Counted from the first letter of the stretch, positions 1 through 15,984 are shown. The stretch: 64,000 bases of DNA from an uncultured Alphaproteobacteria bacterium (GCA_963749675.1 CAVVNT010000001.1:633299-697298); one strand, 5' to 3'. The notes: a model not told the origin generated them from the sequence alone. Made by a program: numbers and translations.

Positions 1-92
1 GCTATCACATCCTGCGCGGCGTGCTCGACACCCAAGGCGTCAAGAACCGCAAGCAGCGCCGGTCGAAATATGGCGCCAAGCGTCCGAAGTAA
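1..92 (+). CDS. rpsL: 30S ribosomal protein S12, 3' end (partial)
   Basis: Reads YHILRGVLDTQGVKNRKQRRSKYGAKRPK-stop; directly upstream of rpsG. Confidence 0.97.
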   Translation, partial: YHILRGVLDTQGVKNRKQRRSKYGAKRPK

Positions 93-575
<483 letters not shown>

Positions 576-601
576 CGAACTCTAGCCTGAGGACCTTCCC
601 A

Positions 602-2743
<2,142 letters not shown>

Positions 2744-2777
2744 AGGCGCGGCCGCCTGACGACGAAGGAGATACGAG

Positions 2778-3953
<1,176 letters not shown>

Positions 3954-4031
3954 AGACAACAAGCGGGTTCGACGTGGGGTGCCAGGCTGGCGCTCCACCT
4001 CTCGACCCTAGCCCTGAAAGGCGAAAGCGAA

Positions 4032-4347
4032 ATGGCACTCCAGAGCCAGAACATACGGATCCGGCTTAAGGCCTTCGACTACCGCGTGCTCGACGCCAGT
4101 ACGCAGGAAATCGTGAATACCGCCAAGCGGACCGGCGCGCAGGTGCGGGGCCCGATCCCGCTTCCGAACAAGATCGAGAAGTTCACGGTCCTGCGCGGCC
4201 CGCACATCGACAAGAAGAGCCGCGATCAGTTCGAGATTCCGCACCCACAAGCGGCTGCTCGACATCGTGGACCCGACGCCGCAGACGGTGGATGCTCTGA
4301 TGAAGCTCGACCTCGCAGCCGGCGTCGATGTCGAGATCAAGGTCTAA
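4032..4347 (+). CDS. rpsJ: 30S ribosomal protein S10 (apparent +1 frameshift at ~4237-4240, probably a sequencing error)
   Basis: IRIRLKAFD...KKSRDQFEI; removing one base in GAGATTCCGC restores [35 protein letters not shown]-stop. Confidence 0.95.
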
Positions 4348-4362
4348 GAGGAGGGCAGGACG

Positions 4363-5241
4363 ATGCTGCGTTCCGGAGTGATCGCAAAGAAGGTCGGAAT
4401 GACCCGCCTGTTCCTCGAGGACGGGCGGCAGGTTCCGGTTACCGTGTTGCAGCTCGACGGGCTGCAGGTCGTGGCGCAGCGCACCGCTGAGCGCGACGGC
4501 TACTCGGCCGTTCAGCTCGGCACGGGTGCGGCGAAGCCCAAGCGTGTGTCAAAGGCGATGCGCGGGCATTTCTCGGCCGCCAATGTCGCGCCGAAGCGAA
4601 AGGTCGCGGAGTTCCGCGTCACGCCCGAGAACCTGATCGAGGTGGGCGAGGAGATTACCGCCGACCATTACTTCGAGGGTCAGTTCGTCGACGTTTCGGG
4701 GACGTCGATCGGCAAGGGCTTTGCCGGCGCGATGAAGCGGCACAATTTCGCCGGGCTCCGCGCGTCGCATGGCGTGTCGATCAGCCACCGCTCGCATGGC
4801 TCGACCGGCCAATGTCAGGATCCGGGCAAGGTCTTCAAGGGCAAGAAGATGGCCGGCCACATGGGCGCGGCTCGCGTCACCACGCAGAACCTGCAGGTCG
4901 TCAAGACGGATGCTGACCGCGGGTTGATCATGGTCAAGGGCGCGGTGCCCGGGTCGAAGGGTGGCTGGGTCACGATCAAGGACGCGGTCAAGAAGCCGCT
5001 GCCGGAGAACCTCATCTATCCAGCGGCGCTCAAGTCCGCCGCCGATGAGGCCAAGCGCTTGGCCGAGGAGGCCGCCGCACAGGCTGCGGCCGAGGAAGAG
5101 GCCGCGCGGAAAGAAGCCGAGGCGCAGGCTGCGGCGGAGCAGGAAGCGGCGCTGAAGGAGGCCGAGGCTGACCTTGAGGCGCAGAAGGACGCAGAGACGC
5201 CCGACAACCCGCAACAGGATGGTGGCAACGATGAAAAGTGA
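4363..5241 (+). CDS. rplC: 50S ribosomal protein L3 with acidic Ala/Glu-rich C-terminal extension
   Basis: [29 protein letters not shown]. Confidence 0.98.
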   Translation: MLRSGVIAKKVGMTRLFLEDGRQVPVTVLQLDGLQVVAQRTAERDGYSAVQLGTGAAKPKRVSKAMRGHFSAANVAPKRKVAEFRVTPENLIEVGEEITADHYFEGQFVDVSGTSIGKGFAGAMKRHNFAGLRASHGVSISHRSHGSTGQCQDPGKVFKGKKMAGHMGAARVTTQNLQVVKTDADRGLIMVKGAVPGSKGGWVTIKDAVKKPLPENLIYPAALKSAADEAKRLAEEAAAQAAAEEEAARKEAEAQAAAEQEAALKEAEADLEAQKDAETPDNPQQDGGNDEK

Positions 5242-5851
5242 TGTCATCAAGCTCGACGCCTCGAAGGCGGGCAATATCGAGCTGTCGGACGAGATATTCG
5301 GGCTCGAGCCGCGTGCGGACATCCTGCACCGCGTCGTGCGCTGGCAGCGCAACAAGGCGCAGCAGGGCACGCACAAGGTCAAGACTCGGTCCGAGACCAG
5401 CTACTCGACCAAGAAGATCTATCGACAGAAGGGTACCGGTGGCGCGCGCCACGGTGACCGGAACGCGCCGATCTTCCGCAAGGGCGGCATCTACAAGGGT
5501 CCCGTGCCGCGGAGCCACTCGCATGAGCTGTCGAAGAAGTTCCGCAAGCTCGGCCTCAAGCATGCGCTGAGCTCCAAGGCGCAGTCGGGCAACCTCATCG
5601 TGCTTGAAAGCTGCGCCATGGAGGAGGCGAAGACGAAGGCGCTGGCCAAGGTCGCGAAGGACCTGGGCTGGAAGCGCGTTCTGGTCATCGACGGCGCCGA
5701 GGTCGACCAGAACTTTGCCAAGGCCGCGGCGAACCTTGCCGGCGTCGACGTCCTGCCGTCGATGGGCGCCAACGTCTACGACATCCTGAAGCGGGACACC
5801 CTGGTCATTACCAAGGCCGGTGTTGAAGCCCTGGAGGCGCGACTGAAATGA
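5231..5851 (+). CDS. rplD: 50S ribosomal protein L4
   Basis: ATG at 5231; [11 protein letters not shown] motif. Confidence 0.97.
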   Translation: MKSDVIKLDASKAGNIELSDEIFGLEPRADILHRVVRWQRNKAQQGTHKVKTRSETSYSTKKIYRQKGTGGARHGDRNAPIFRKGGIYKGPVPRSHSHELSKKFRKLGLKHALSSKAQSGNLIVLESCAMEEAKTKALAKVAKDLGWKRVLVIDGAEVDQNFAKAAANLAGVDVLPSMGANVYDILKRDTLVITKAGVEALEARLK

Positions 5852-6144
5852 GCGCGAAACCCGAGCATTACGATGTGATAAAGCGGCCCGTGATCACCGA
5901 AAAGGCGACAATGGCCTCCGATGCCAATGCCGTTGTCTTCGAGGTGGCCAAGGATGCGGCCAAGCCGCAGATCAAGCAGGCGATCGAGGAGCTCTTCGGC
6001 GTCAAGGTGAAGGCGGTGAACACCACCATCACCAAGGGAAAGCAGAAGCGCTTCCGTGGCATTCGGGGTCGACGCCCCGACGTCAAGAAGGCGTACGTGA
6101 CCCTGGAAGAGGGCAACACGATCGACGTGACCACGGGCCTCTGA
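5848..6144 (+). CDS. rplW: 50S ribosomal protein L23
   Basis: PVITEKAT...KKAYVTL. Confidence 0.98.
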   Translation: MSAKPEHYDVIKRPVITEKATMASDANAVVFEVAKDAAKPQIKQAIEELFGVKVKAVNTTITKGKQKRFRGIRGRRPDVKKAYVTLEEGNTIDVTTGL

Positions 6145-6202
6145 CGGGGGCCTAAAGACTAACCGGACCTTACGGGTCCAAGGCAGACGGAAGACAGAAA
6201 GC

Positions 6203-7045
6203 ATGGCACTCAAGTCGTACAAACCGACGACGCCTGGCCAGCGCGGGCTGGTTCTGATCGACCGTTCGGAGCTTTGGAAGGGTCGCCCGGTTAAAGCCCT
6301 CACCGAGGGACTGACCAAGAAGGCGGGCCGGAACAACACCGGACGGATCACGATGCGGCGCCGCGGCGGAGGAGCGAAGCGTCTCTACCGTGTCGTCGAC
6401 TTCAAGCGGAACAAGTGGGACGTCTCGGCCGTGGTGGTCCGGGTCGAGTATGACCCCAACCGCTCGGCGTTCATCGCGCTGATCCAGTACGAGGACGGCG
6501 AGCAGAGCTACATTCTCGCGCCGCAACGGCTCGGCGTTGGGGACAAGGTTATTGCCGGTGAGCGGGTCGACGTTAAGCCCGGTAACGCAATGCCGTTCCA
6601 AGGCATGCCGATCGGCACGATCGTCCACAATGTGGAGATGAAGCCCGGCAAGGGCGGCCAGATTGCGCGCGCCGGCGGCACCTATGCCCAGTTCGTCGGG
6701 CGTGACGGAGGGTATGCGCAGATCCGGCTTAGCTCGGGCGAATTGCGCATGGTCCGTCAGGAATGCATGGCGACCATCGGTGCGGTTTCGAACCCCGACA
6801 ATTCGAACCAGAACCTGGGCAAGGCGGGGCGCAATCGGCATCTCGGGAAGCGGCCGAGCGTACGGGGCGTCGTGATGAACCCGATCGACCATCCGCATGG
6901 CGGTGGTGAGGGCCGGACATCCGGCGGCCGTCACCCGGTCACTCCCTGGGGCAAGCCGACAAAGGGTGCCCGCACCCGCGACAGGAACAAGGCGTCGTCG
7001 AAGCTGATCCTGCGATCGCGTCACGCCAGAAAGAAGAGGCGCTAA
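6203..7045 (+). CDS. rplB: 50S ribosomal protein L2
   Basis: EYDPNRSA; [13 protein letters not shown]. Confidence 0.99.
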   Translation: MALKSYKPTTPGQRGLVLIDRSELWKGRPVKALTEGLTKKAGRNNTGRITMRRRGGGAKRLYRVVDFKRNKWDVSAVVVRVEYDPNRSAFIALIQYEDGEQSYILAPQRLGVGDKVIAGERVDVKPGNAMPFQGMPIGTIVHNVEMKPGKGGQIARAGGTYAQFVGRDGGYAQIRLSSGELRMVRQECMATIGAVSNPDNSNQNLGKAGRNRHLGKRPSVRGVVMNPIDHPHGGGEGRTSGGRHPVTPWGKPTKGARTRDRNKASSKLILRSRHARKKRR

Positions 7046-7047
7046 CG

Positions 7048-7327
7048 ATGACACGTTCTGTCTGGAAAGGCCCCTTCGTCGACAGCTACGTGCTGAAGAA
7101 GGCGGAGAAGTCCCGCGACTCGGGCCGCAACGAGGTCATCAAGATTCTGGTCGCGCCGCTCGACGATCCTGCCGCAATTCGTCGGCCTCACCTTCGGCGT
7201 CTATAACGGCCACAAGCACATCCCGGTGAACATCACCGAGGACATGATTGGCCAGAAGTTCGGTGAATACTCCCCGACGCGGACCTACTACGGCCACGCC
7301 GCCGACAAGAAAGCGAAGCGGAGGTAA
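7048..7327 (+). CDS. rpsS: 30S ribosomal protein S19 (apparent +1 frameshift at ~7145, probably a sequencing error)
   Basis: [12 protein letters not shown]; removing one base in AAGATTCTGG restores [26 protein letters not shown]...[13 protein letters not shown]; absent from the ORF track. Confidence 0.95.
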
Positions 7328-7331
7328 GGCG

Positions 7332-7712
7332 ATGGGCAAGCAGAGAAACTCGAGCCGCACGGCTGAGAACGAGGCGATGGCGAAGGCCCGGATGCTCCGG
7401 ACCAGCCCGCAGAAGCTGAACCTCATCGCGGCGCTGATCCGCGGCAAGAAGGTCGACAAGGCGCTAAGCGACTTGACGTTCTCGAAGCGGCGGATCGCAG
7501 ATGACGTGAAGAAGTGTCTGCAGTCGGCGATCGCGAACGCCGAGAATAATCACAACCTCGACGTCGATGAACTCGTCGTCGCGGAGGCATACGTTGGAAA
7601 GAACCTCGTCATGAAGCGGGGCCGCCCACGGGCACGCGGTCGCTTCGGCCGGATCGTCAAACCGTTCTCGGAACTCACCATCAAGGTTCGCCAGGTCGAG
7701 GAGCAAGCATAA
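7332..7712 (+). CDS. rplV: 50S ribosomal protein L22
   Basis: MGKQRNSSR...RTSPQKLNL...RPRARGR. Confidence 0.97.
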   Translation: MGKQRNSSRTAENEAMAKARMLRTSPQKLNLIAALIRGKKVDKALSDLTFSKRRIADDVKKCLQSAIANAENNHNLDVDELVVAEAYVGKNLVMKRGRPRARGRFGRIVKPFSELTIKVRQVEEQA

Positions 7713-8413
7713 TGGGTCACAAGGTCAACCCGATCGGCATGCGCCTCCAGGTCAACCGGACCTGGGACAGTCGCTGGTATGCCAATACGAAGGAATACGG
7801 GGACCTCCTGCTCGAGGACGTGAAGATCCGCGAATTCATCAAGCGGGAATGCAAGCAGGCGGGTGTAAGCCGCGTGATCATCGAGCGTCCTCACCGGAAG
7901 TGCCGTGTGACGATTTACACGGCCCGTCCGGGCGTCATCATCGGCAAGAAAGGCGCGGACATCGAAGTTCTCCGCAAGAAGATCGCTCAGATGACGAACA
8001 GCGAACTTCATCTCAACATCGTTGAGGTCCGGAAGCCGGAGCTCGACGCCCAGCTCGTCGCGGAGTCCATCGCTCAGCAGTTGGAGCGCCGGGTTTCGTT
8101 CCGGCGCGCGATGAAGCGGTCGGTTCAGAACGCCATGCGGATGGGCGCGCTCGGTATTCGGGTGAATGTCGCCGGGCGTCTGGGCGGTGCCGAGATTGCG
8201 AGGACGGAGTGGTATCGCGAGGGTCGCGTTCCCCTGCATACACTGCGTGCCGACATCGATTATGCTCTCGCCGAGGCGCAAACGCCTTACGGGATTATCG
8301 GGATCAAGGTCTGGATCTTCCGGGGCGAGATTCTCGAGCATGACCCGGCGGCGCGTGATCGTCGCCAGCAGGAGCTTCAGGAAGGCCCCGCTTCGCGCGG
8401 CGGCCGGAGGTAA
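7712..8413 (+). CDS. rpsC: 30S ribosomal protein S3
   Basis: [12 protein letters not shown]; [13 protein letters not shown]. Confidence 0.99.
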   Translation: MGHKVNPIGMRLQVNRTWDSRWYANTKEYGDLLLEDVKIREFIKRECKQAGVSRVIIERPHRKCRVTIYTARPGVIIGKKGADIEVLRKKIAQMTNSELHLNIVEVRKPELDAQLVAESIAQQLERRVSFRRAMKRSVQNAMRMGALGIRVNVAGRLGGAEIARTEWYREGRVPLHTLRADIDYALAEAQTPYGIIGIKVWIFRGEILEHDPAARDRRQQELQEGPASRGGRR

Positions 8414-8419
8414 CTTGAG

Positions 8420-8833
8420 ATGCTGCAACCGAAACGGACGAAGTTCCGCAAACAGCACAAAGGCCGGATCCACGGCGAGGCGAAGGGCGGCACGGAGCTC
8501 GCGTTCGGCACCTACGGCCTGAAGGCGGCGCAGCCCGAGAGGATCACCGCTCGACAGATCGAAGCGGCGCGACGCGCAATGACCCGTCACATGAAGCGCC
8601 AGGGGCGCGTCTGGATCCGTGTCTTTCCCGATACTCCGGTCACGTCCAAGCCGACTGAAGTCCGGATGGGCAAGGGAAAGGGATCGGTCGATTTTTGGGC
8701 CGCCAAGGTCAAGCCTGGTCGCATCATGTTCGAGATTGACGGCGTGGGCGAATCTGTGGCAAGGGAAGCGCTCCGCCTCGCAGCGATGAAGCTTCCGATA
8801 AAGACGCGAACGGTCGTCCGCGAGGATTGGTAA
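8420..8833 (+). CDS. rplP: 50S ribosomal protein L16
   Basis: [11 protein letters not shown]; RMGKGKG. Confidence 0.99.
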   Translation: MLQPKRTKFRKQHKGRIHGEAKGGTELAFGTYGLKAAQPERITARQIEAARRAMTRHMKRQGRVWIRVFPDTPVTSKPTEVRMGKGKGSVDFWAAKVKPGRIMFEIDGVGESVAREALRLAAMKLPIKTRTVVREDW

Positions 8834-8926
8834 GGAATTGCGCCGCGTCCGTGGCTTTGCCCGGGCGTGGTGTCCGTTGGAAAAGCGCCGGGCGTGCCTG
8901 GCGACTTCTGAAGGAGAAACGCGGCG

Positions 8927-9133
8927 ATGGACGCCAAGGAACTCAGAGATCAGACGACGGACCAGCTCCGCGACCGTCTGACCGGCCTGAAGAAGGAGGC
9001 GTTCAACCTGCGTTTCCAGCAGGCTACGAACCAGCTCGAGAACACGGCACGGATGCGCCAAGTCCGCCGGGATACTGCGCGCGTTGTAACTGTACTCAAT
9101 GAAAAGGCCGCTGCGGCCGCGACTGAGGCCTGA
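8927..9133 (+). CDS. rpmC: 50S ribosomal protein L29
   Basis: [12 protein letters not shown]...[10 protein letters not shown]. Confidence 0.97.
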   Translation: MDAKELRDQTTDQLRDRLTGLKKEAFNLRFQQATNQLENTARMRQVRRDTARVVTVLNEKAAAAATEA

Positions 9134-9138
9134 TCGAC

Positions 9139-9372
9139 ATGCCCAAGCGAATACTGCAAGGCACCGTGACGAGCGACAAGAACGACCAGACTGTCACAGT
9201 CGTGGTTGAGCGGCGCTACAAGCATGCGCTGCTGCACAAGACCGTGCGCTCGACCAAGAAGTACCGTGCACACGATTCGAGAAACGAGTTCAAGGTCGGC
9301 GACATCGTCCGGATTCAGGAGTGCGCGCCGGTTTCGAAATCCAAACGCTGGGAGGTCGTGGCGCAGGCCTGA
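9139..9372 (+). CDS. rpsQ: 30S ribosomal protein S17
   Basis: [14 protein letters not shown]...KKYRAHD...PVSKSKRW. Confidence 0.98.
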   Translation: MPKRILQGTVTSDKNDQTVTVVVERRYKHALLHKTVRSTKKYRAHDSRNEFKVGDIVRIQECAPVSKSKRWEVVAQA

Positions 9373-9430
9373 CATCCCGGTGCGAACGAAACCCTGGGGG
9401 CGTGCCCTCAAAGGTCGGGAGACACCCTAA

Positions 9431-9799
9431 ATGATCCAGATGCAAACCAATCTGGATGTTGCTGACAATTCCGGCGCGCGCCGGGTTCAGTGCATCAAGG
9501 TACTTGGCGGGTCGAAGCGCAAGTACGCCAGCGTTGGTGACATCATCGTCGTCAGCGTCAAGGAGGCGATACCACGCGGCCGCGTCAAGAAGGGCGACGT
9601 CCGCAAGGCCGTGGTCGTTCGCACAGCCAAGGAAGTGCGGCGCGAGGACGGCACCGCGATCCGCTTCGACCACAACGCCGCCGTCATTCTCAGCAACCAG
9701 AACGAGCCTGTCGGTACCCGGATTTTTGGTCCGGTGGTGCGCGAACTGCGGGCCAAGAACTTCATGAAGATCATCTCGCTTGCTCCGGAGGTGCTCTAA
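9431..9799 (+). CDS. rplN: 50S ribosomal protein L14
   Basis: [16 protein letters not shown]...ISLAPEVL. Confidence 0.99.
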   Translation: MIQMQTNLDVADNSGARRVQCIKVLGGSKRKYASVGDIIVVSVKEAIPRGRVKKGDVRKAVVVRTAKEVRREDGTAIRFDHNAAVILSNQNEPVGTRIFGPVVRELRAKNFMKIISLAPEVL

Positions 9800-10104
9800 T
9801 GGCCGCCAAGCTCCGAAAGGGTGACAAGGTCCGTGTGCTCGCGGGCAAGGACAAGGGCCGCGAGGGCGAGATCGTCCGCGTGATGCCGAAGGAGAACAAG
9901 GCCGTTGTCGACGGTGTGAACGTGGCGATCCGCCACCGCCGCCAGAGCCAGACCGAACAGGGTGGCCGCGTGCCGACCGCGATGCCGATCGACCTGTCAA
10001 ACCTCGCCCTCATCGACGCCAACGGCAAGGCGACCCGCGTCGGCTTCCGCACGGAAGACGGCAAGAAAGTCCGCTTCGCCAAGACCACGGGGGCCTCGAT
10101 CTGA
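9799..10104 (+). CDS. rplX: 50S ribosomal protein L24
   Basis: KOW motif [14 protein letters not shown]. Confidence 0.98.
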   Translation: MAAKLRKGDKVRVLAGKDKGREGEIVRVMPKENKAVVDGVNVAIRHRRQSQTEQGGRVPTAMPIDLSNLALIDANGKATRVGFRTEDGKKVRFAKTTGASI

Positions 10105-10667
10105 TGCTGGACGCCGCAACCTATACTCCACGCCTTCGCTCCCTCTACCGAGAGTCGGTGCAGGCCGCGCTCAAAGAGGAGTTCGGCTACAAGAACGACA
10201 TGCAGATTCCGCGGTTGGACAAGATTGTTCTCAACATCGGGTGCGGTGCCGAGGCCGTGCGCGACTTCAAGAAGGCGCGTTCCGCGCAGGAGGACCTTAC
10301 TCGCATTGCGGGTCAGAAGGCAGTCGTGACCAAGGCGAAGAAGTCGATCGCTGGATTCCGGGTCCGCGAAGACATGCCGCTCGGCGCGAAGGTTACCCTT
10401 CGTGGCAATCGCATGTACGAGTTCCTAGACCGCCTCATCACGATCGCGTTGCCGCGTGTACGTGACTTTCGGGGCGTGTCGGGGAAATCGTTCGATGGCC
10501 GCGGCAACTACGCCACGGGACTCAAGGAGCATATCGTCTTTCCCGAGATCGAGTACGACAAGGTCGATGAGATCTGGGGGATGGACATCGTCATCTGCAC
10601 AACCGCGAAGACTGACGCGGAAGCCAAGGCGCTGTTGAAGCATTTCAACATGCCGTTCAACAGCTGA
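10104..10667 (+). CDS. rplE: 50S ribosomal protein L5
   Basis: PRLDKIVLN...PRVRDFRG...FDGRGNY. Confidence 0.99.
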   Translation: MLDAATYTPRLRSLYRESVQAALKEEFGYKNDMQIPRLDKIVLNIGCGAEAVRDFKKARSAQEDLTRIAGQKAVVTKAKKSIAGFRVREDMPLGAKVTLRGNRMYEFLDRLITIALPRVRDFRGVSGKSFDGRGNYATGLKEHIVFPEIEYDKVDEIWGMDIVICTTAKTDAEAKALLKHFNMPFNS

Positions 10668-10684
10668 GCCTGGGAGACATCGAT

Positions 10685-10990
10685 ATGGCCAAGAAAGCAA
10701 TGATCGAGCGCGAGAAGAAGCGGCAGAGACTGGTCGACCAGTATGCCAAGAAGCGCGCAGAACTGAAGGCAACTGCCGCGGACGATTCGAAGCCTATGGA
10801 GGAGCGCTTTAAGGCGCGCCTCAAGCTCGCCAAGCTGCCGAGGAACTCCTCACCGACCCGCTTGCACAATCGCTGCCAGCTCACGGGTCGGCCGCACGCC
10901 TATTACCGCAAGCTCAAGATGAGCCGGATCGCGCTTCGTGAACTTGGCAGCCAAGGGCAGGTCCCGGGCCTCGTCAAGTCGAGCTGGTGA
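10685..10990 (+). CDS. rpsN: 30S ribosomal protein S14 (long, zinc-free type)
   Basis: [20 protein letters not shown]...PGLVKSSW. Confidence 0.98.
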   Translation: MAKKAMIEREKKRQRLVDQYAKKRAELKATAADDSKPMEERFKARLKLAKLPRNSSPTRLHNRCQLTGRPHAYYRKLKMSRIALRELGSQGQVPGLVKSSW

Positions 10991-11003
10991 GGAGGGTCAG
11001 AGA

Positions 11004-11396
11004 ATGAACGATCCCATCGGGGACATGTTGACCCGCATCCGGAACGCCCAGTTGCGCCACCGATCGACGGTGCTGACTCCGGCGTCGAAGCTGCGCGCGT
11101 GGGTTCTCGACGTCCTGCAAGACGAAGGTTACATCCGCGGCTATGAAGGGAGAACGGACGCCAATGGTCATCCGACGCTCGAGATCAGCCTGAAGTACTA
11201 CGAGGGCGATCCCGTGATCCGGGAAATGAAGCGCGTCTCGAAGCCAGGCCGTCGGGTTTACATGGCGGCCAAGGATCTGCCGGCTCCGCGCCAGGGGCTC
11301 GGTGTCTCGATCGTATCGACGTCCAAAGGTGTGATGTCGGACTCGAACGCTCGCCACGCAAACGTGGGCGGCGAAGTGCTTTGCACGGTATTCTGA
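11004..11396 (+). CDS. rpsH: 30S ribosomal protein S8
   Basis: [14 protein letters not shown]; SKPGRRVY. Confidence 0.98.
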   Translation: MNDPIGDMLTRIRNAQLRHRSTVLTPASKLRAWVLDVLQDEGYIRGYEGRTDANGHPTLEISLKYYEGDPVIREMKRVSKPGRRVYMAAKDLPAPRQGLGVSIVSTSKGVMSDSNARHANVGGEVLCTVF

Positions 11397-11405
11397 GGAG
11401 ACACC

Positions 11406-11939
11406 ATGTCACGTATCGGAAAGAGACCGGTCCCGCTCCCTTCGGGTGTAGAAGCGACTCTCGCAGGCCAGACGATCGAGGTGAAGGGGCCGAAGGGAAC
11501 CCGAAGCTTCACCGCGACGGACGACGTGACGCTGTCAGTGGAAGACGGTGCGGTCACTGTTGCTCCGCGCGGCACGTCGAAACGTGCTCGCCAGCAGTGG
11601 GGAATGAGTCGGACCATGGTCGCGAACCTTGTCCATGGCGTCACGCAAGGCTTTAAGAGAGAACTCGAGATTCAGGGCGTGGGATATCGAGCGCAGATGC
11701 AGGGCTCCGTCCTGAAGCTCAATCTCGGCTTGAGCCACGATGTTGATTTCGAGGTTCCAGAGGGCGTAACCGTCTCGGCGCCCAAGCAGACACAGGTGCT
11801 TGTAGAGGGCATCGACGAGCAGCAAGTCGGCCAGGTGGCCTCCAACATCCGCGACTGGCGTCGTCCCGAGCCTTACAAGGGCAAGGGTATCCGCTATGCC
11901 GGCGAGTACATCTTCCGCAAGGAAGGCAAGAAGAAGTAA
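11406..11939 (+). CDS. rplF: 50S ribosomal protein L6
   Basis: MSRIGK...PEPYKGKGI. Confidence 0.99.
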   Translation: MSRIGKRPVPLPSGVEATLAGQTIEVKGPKGTRSFTATDDVTLSVEDGAVTVAPRGTSKRARQQWGMSRTMVANLVHGVTQGFKRELEIQGVGYRAQMQGSVLKLNLGLSHDVDFEVPEGVTVSAPKQTQVLVEGIDEQQVGQVASNIRDWRRPEPYKGKGIRYAGEYIFRKEGKKK

Positions 11940-11951
11940 GGGACGACAGAA

Positions 11952-12311
11952 ATGGCACTCACCAAGCGAGAGCTTTTCCAGAAGCGCCGCCTGCGCACAC
12001 GGAGCAAGCTGCGTGGCCTCAGCGCCGGGCGCCCGCGCCTGTCCGTCCACCGCAGCAACAAGAACATTCACGTCCAGATCATCGACGACACAGAGGGGCG
12101 GACTCTCGCCGCAGCGTCGTCGTTAGAGAAGGATCTCGGGGTGGTCGGCAAGAACAACGTCGAGGCGGCCGCGAAGATCGGTGCCACAATCGCAGAGCGC
12201 GCGAAGCAGGTCGGGATCGAGGAATGCTACTTCGATCGTGGCGGCTTCATCTTTCACGGCAAGGTCCGTGCATTGGCCGAGGCAGCGCGCGAGGGCGGGC
12301 TCAAGTTCTGA
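11952..12311 (+). CDS. rplR: 50S ribosomal protein L18
   Basis: [11 protein letters not shown]; FDRGG.FHG. Confidence 0.98.
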   Translation: MALTKRELFQKRRLRTRSKLRGLSAGRPRLSVHRSNKNIHVQIIDDTEGRTLAAASSLEKDLGVVGKNNVEAAAKIGATIAERAKQVGIEECYFDRGGFIFHGKVRALAEAAREGGLKF

Positions 12312-12409
12312 GAGTAGATGGCGCTTTAGCGCCATCTCGATGATCCAGGGGCCGGCGGCTCACTGAGATTGGCAAGACGGGCGCTCGGCGCCATCCAAGA
12401 GGAGGCCTC

Positions 12410-12985
12410 ATGGCCAGAGAACCCAGAGGCGGCGGACGCCGCGATCGCGACGAGAACCCAGAGTTCGCTGATCGTCTCGTGGCGATCAATCGTGTGTCCA
12501 AGACGGTCAAGGGCGGCAAGAGATTTGGTTTCGCTGCCCTGGTCGTCGTCGGCGATCAGAAGGGTCGGGTTGGTTTCGGCAAGGGAAAGGCAAAGGAGGT
12601 TCCCGAGGCGATCCGCAAGGCGACCGAGCAGGCCAAGCGTGGCATGATGCGCGTGCCGCTGCGTGAGGGCCGTACACTGCACCACGACATGCAGGGGCGT
12701 TGGGGCGCCGGGCGCGTCGTGATGCGGACCGCTCCGCACGGCACCGGCATAATTGCCGGCGGCCCGATGCGCGCCGTGTTCGAGATGCTGGGCGTGCAGG
12801 ACGTGGTCGCCAAGTCGCTGGGCTCGCAGAACCCCTACAACATGATCCGCGCCACGCTCGATGGCCTCAAGCAGGAGCAATCACCTCGCTCCGTTGCACA
12901 GCGACGTGGCAAGAAGGTTTCGGACATCCTGCCCAAGCGCGACGAGCAGCCGGAATCCTCCACTCAGGTCTCGGAGGAAGCGTAA
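12410..12985 (+). CDS. rpsE: 30S ribosomal protein S5
   Basis: [11 protein letters not shown]; GTGIIAGG. Confidence 0.99.
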   Translation: MAREPRGGGRRDRDENPEFADRLVAINRVSKTVKGGKRFGFAALVVVGDQKGRVGFGKGKAKEVPEAIRKATEQAKRGMMRVPLREGRTLHHDMQGRWGAGRVVMRTAPHGTGIIAGGPMRAVFEMLGVQDVVAKSLGSQNPYNMIRATLDGLKQEQSPRSVAQRRGKKVSDILPKRDEQPESSTQVSEEA

Positions 12986-12988
12986 GCC

Positions 12989-13180
12989 ATGGCCAAGACC
13001 ATCCTCGTCAAGCAAATCGGCTCCCCGATCCGCCGCCCGGCCAAGCAGCGTCAGACGCTGATCGGCCTGGGGCTCGGCAAGATGCATCGCACCCGCGAAC
13101 TCGAGGACACTCCCTCGATCCGCGGCATGGTGAACTCCATCCCGCACCTGGTAGAGATCGTCGAAGAGCGGGGCGACTGA
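12989..13180 (+). CDS. rpmD: 50S ribosomal protein L30
   Basis: KQIGSPI...TLIGLGL...DTPSIRGMV. Confidence 0.97.
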   Translation: MAKTILVKQIGSPIRRPAKQRQTLIGLGLGKMHRTRELEDTPSIRGMVNSIPHLVEIVEERGD

Positions 13181-13381
13181 CGTGTGCCAACGATCGGCTG
13201 CGCGCTTGTTGTGTGTGCGTGGTCGAAAGCGGGCTGCCGCGGGTGCGCGTAGTCGCCTCTACCCACGGCGAAACCGTCGGATCCGAGCCGGCTCGCAGGT
13301 GATCATCTGTAAGCGCGGCGCGGACCACCTCCTAGAGGTTGTTCGGTTGGTCTGAACAAGCTTCCGGGTTGTCGCTAAGTG

Positions 13382-14875
13382 GTTCGCCCTGATCAACGTC
13401 CAACGCATTGATTTTATTTGATGACGTGACGTTTTTGATATTTTCGAACCGCAGGGTTTGGTAGGTTTGGGGCGAGAACCCTGCAATTTCGGATCGACGC
13501 ATGAAGCCCAAATCCCGTGCCCCTGAGCAGGACGACCTGTTGCGCCCGCGCTTGGCGGACATGATCGACCTGCGCCACGAACTGGTGAAGCTTGCCGGGC
13601 TGATCGACTGGGAGTTCTTCGAGGAGGAATGGGCGGGGTTCTTCCCGTCGCACACGGGGCGCCCGGCGACCTCTCCACGGCTGGTGGCGGGGCTGCTCTA
13701 CCTCCAGCACGCCTACCGGCTGTCGGACGAGGCGGTCGTGGCCCGGTGGGTGGAGAACCCGTACTACCAGCACCTCTGTGGCGAGACGTTCTTTCAGCAC
13801 CGTCCTCCTGTCGATCCTTCGTCGCTGACGCGGTGGCGGAACCGGATCGGGGAGGAAGGTGCCGAGTGGCTCCTGACCAAGACGATCGAGGCCGGGCGCG
13901 AGGCCGGAGTGATTTCCGAGCGGAGCGCGGAGACGGTGATCGTGGACACGACGGTGATGGAGAAGGCGATCGCGCATCCAACCGATACACGGCTCTACGA
14001 GAAAGCGCGTCGGCGCCTGGTGGCGCTTGCCCAGGAGGCGGGCCTGTCGCTTCGCCAAAGCTACGCGCGGCTGGCGCCGCGTCTGGCCGGACAGGTCGGT
14101 CGCTATGCCCACGCCCGCCAGTTCAAGCGGATGCGCAAGGGGCTGCGGCGGCTGAAAGGCTACACCGGCCGGGTCCTGCGCGACATCCAGCGGCAGCTGC
14201 ACGCCGTGACCGACACCGCCCTGCTGGAGCGGATCGAGGGCGAGATCGCCCTCGTTGAGCGCCTCCTGCGGCAGAAGCCGAAGGACAAGCGGAAGCTCTA
14301 TGCGCTGCACGAGCCTGAGGTGGACTGCATCTCCAAGGGCAAGGCGCGCGTCCGTTACGAGTTCGGCTCCAAGGTCTCGGTGGCGACCACGCACAAGGAG
14401 GGCTTCGTCGTCGGCATGCGCGCGATGACCGGCAACCCGTACGATGGCCATACCTTGCGAGAAGCGCTCGAGCAGGTGGAGATCCTGACGGACACATCAC
14501 CGAAGAGAGCCTTCGTCGACCGCGGCTATAGGGTCATGGCGTTGAGACGACCGAGGTCTTCATCTCCGGCCAGCGCCGCGGCATGACGCCGGCGCTCCGG
14601 CGCGACCTGCGCCGCCGCAGTGCAATCGAACCGGCGGTCGGCCACATGAAGACCGACGGCCGCCTCGCCCGCTGCGCCCTCAAGGGCACGCTCGGCGACG
14701 CACTCCACGCTGTCCTCTGCGGCTGCGGGCACAACATCCGCATGATCCTGGCCCATCTGAGGGCTCTTGTGGCCGTGATCCTCGCCGCGCTGATGGCAGC
14801 AATCGCCAACAACATCGAACAGGCCCGGCCAAACTACGCCACGACCGGCGCCGCGGCGTGATGTTCAGTGGCGAC
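13382..14875 (+). mobile_element. IS5-family insertion sequence
   Basis: Imperfect IRs GTTCGCCCTGATCA / TGTTCAGTGGCGAC; direct repeat TAAGTG at 13376-13381 and 14876-14881. Confidence 0.82.
13501..14861 (+). pseudogene. IS5-family DDE transposase with a 1-nt deletion at ~14531
   Basis: VDTTV, DRGYR and RSAIEPAVGHMK motifs; one extra G in the G run restores DRGYRGHGVETTEVFISGQRRGMTPAL (could be a homopolymer error). Confidence 0.85.
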
Positions 14876-15199
14876 TAAGTGGATCTCCGCCTTGGTTACG
14901 CCGCCGCCGGGATTGGCGTCAGCTGATTGAGACAGGCTTGGTCGGGGGTCCGCTCGCCATGCGACGAATGCGGCCGCGTCCCGTTGTAGAAGCTCAGATA
15001 CCGGCCGATCGAGGCCCGAGCTTCGGAGACGCTGGCGTAGGCGCGCAAGTAGACGTCCTCGTATTTCACCGTCCGCCAGAGGCGCTCGGCGAAGACGTTG
15101 TCGCGCCAGGCGCCCTTGCCGTCCATGCTGATGGCGATCTGTATCCCTCCGGTGAGGGGCGCCTGACGAGATCGCGGCTCGAGTGATAGGTCCGACGTT

Positions 15200-15598
15200 A
15201 TGGTCGACCTTACATCCGAACCCGAGATCGAAGTCCTGTCCGCAGCGGATGCGGCGCGCCGCCGGCCCTGGAGTGACGCAGACAAGATCCGGATCGTGGA
15301 GGAGAGCTTCGTCGGTCATCGCCAGGTGACGGCGACGGCGCGACGCCACGGGATTTCGCGCTCCCTTCTCACGGTCTGGCGCCGGCAGTACCGGACCGGT
15401 GCATTGGGGCGCGCGCGCTCGTCCGCGTTCATCCCGCTGATGCTTTCCGCCGAGCCTCCGGCCTCGGCATCGGCGGCGGCCCGGTCGAACCCGGAGGCGA
15501 GGGTCGAGATCGCGCTGAAGAACGGGCAGCTCGTGGTTCCGGCCAACGTGGACCCGGACGCGCTGGCCCGGCTCCTGCTCGTGGTGGACGGCCGATGA
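15200..15598 (+). CDS. tnpA: IS66 accessory protein TnpA (HTH)
   Basis: RRRPWSDADKIRIVEES...ARRHGISRSLLTVWRR. Confidence 0.85.
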   Translation: MVDLTSEPEIEVLSAADAARRRPWSDADKIRIVEESFVGHRQVTATARRHGISRSLLTVWRRQYRTGALGRARSSAFIPLMLSAEPPASASAAARSNPEARVEIALKNGQLVVPANVDPDALARLLLVVDGR

Positions 15599-15984
15599 TT
15601 GCCTTCCCCGCGGCCGTGAAGGTCTGGGGTCGCGGGTGGCATCACCGACATGCGGGTCGCCAGCGGTTTCTCGAACCGATGGCGCAACCACTGGCGACCA
15701 TGAACACGCTGGCGCTGCAGGTCCAGGAGGGGCTTGGACGCGACCCGCACGCGGGAGAGATATTTTGCTTCAGGGGCCGTCGCGGTGATCTGGTGAAGAT
15801 CCTTTGGCACGACGGTGTCGGCATGTCGCTTTATGCGAAGCGGCTGGAGGCGGGCAAGTTCATCTGGCCGGCAAGCCGGTCCGGCGAGGCGGTTCGGATC
15901 TCTGCGGCTCAGCTCGGCTGCCTTCCGGAAGGGATCGACTGGCGCAATCCGCGCTGGACGCAACGTCCTGCAAAGGCCGGATAA
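15595..15984 (+). pseudogene. tnpB: IS66 TnpB, disrupted by a +1 base and a 45-bp palindromic insertion
   Basis: GRDPHAGEIFCFRGRRGDLVKILWHDGVGMSLYAKRLEAGKFIWP; N-terminal TDMR motif interrupted at 15655-15699. Confidence 0.85.

Noticed and set aside
4231-4347. Programmed frameshifting or an extended S10 (152-aa ORF)
   Set aside because: No slippery site; best explained as a one-base consensus error.
5030-5241. Long Ala/Glu-rich tail on L3
   Set aside because: A common lineage feature of Rhodobacteraceae L3.
14525-14586. IS5 transposase split as programmed frameshift
   Set aside because: A single missing G in a G run, without a shifty motif; mutation or homopolymer error.
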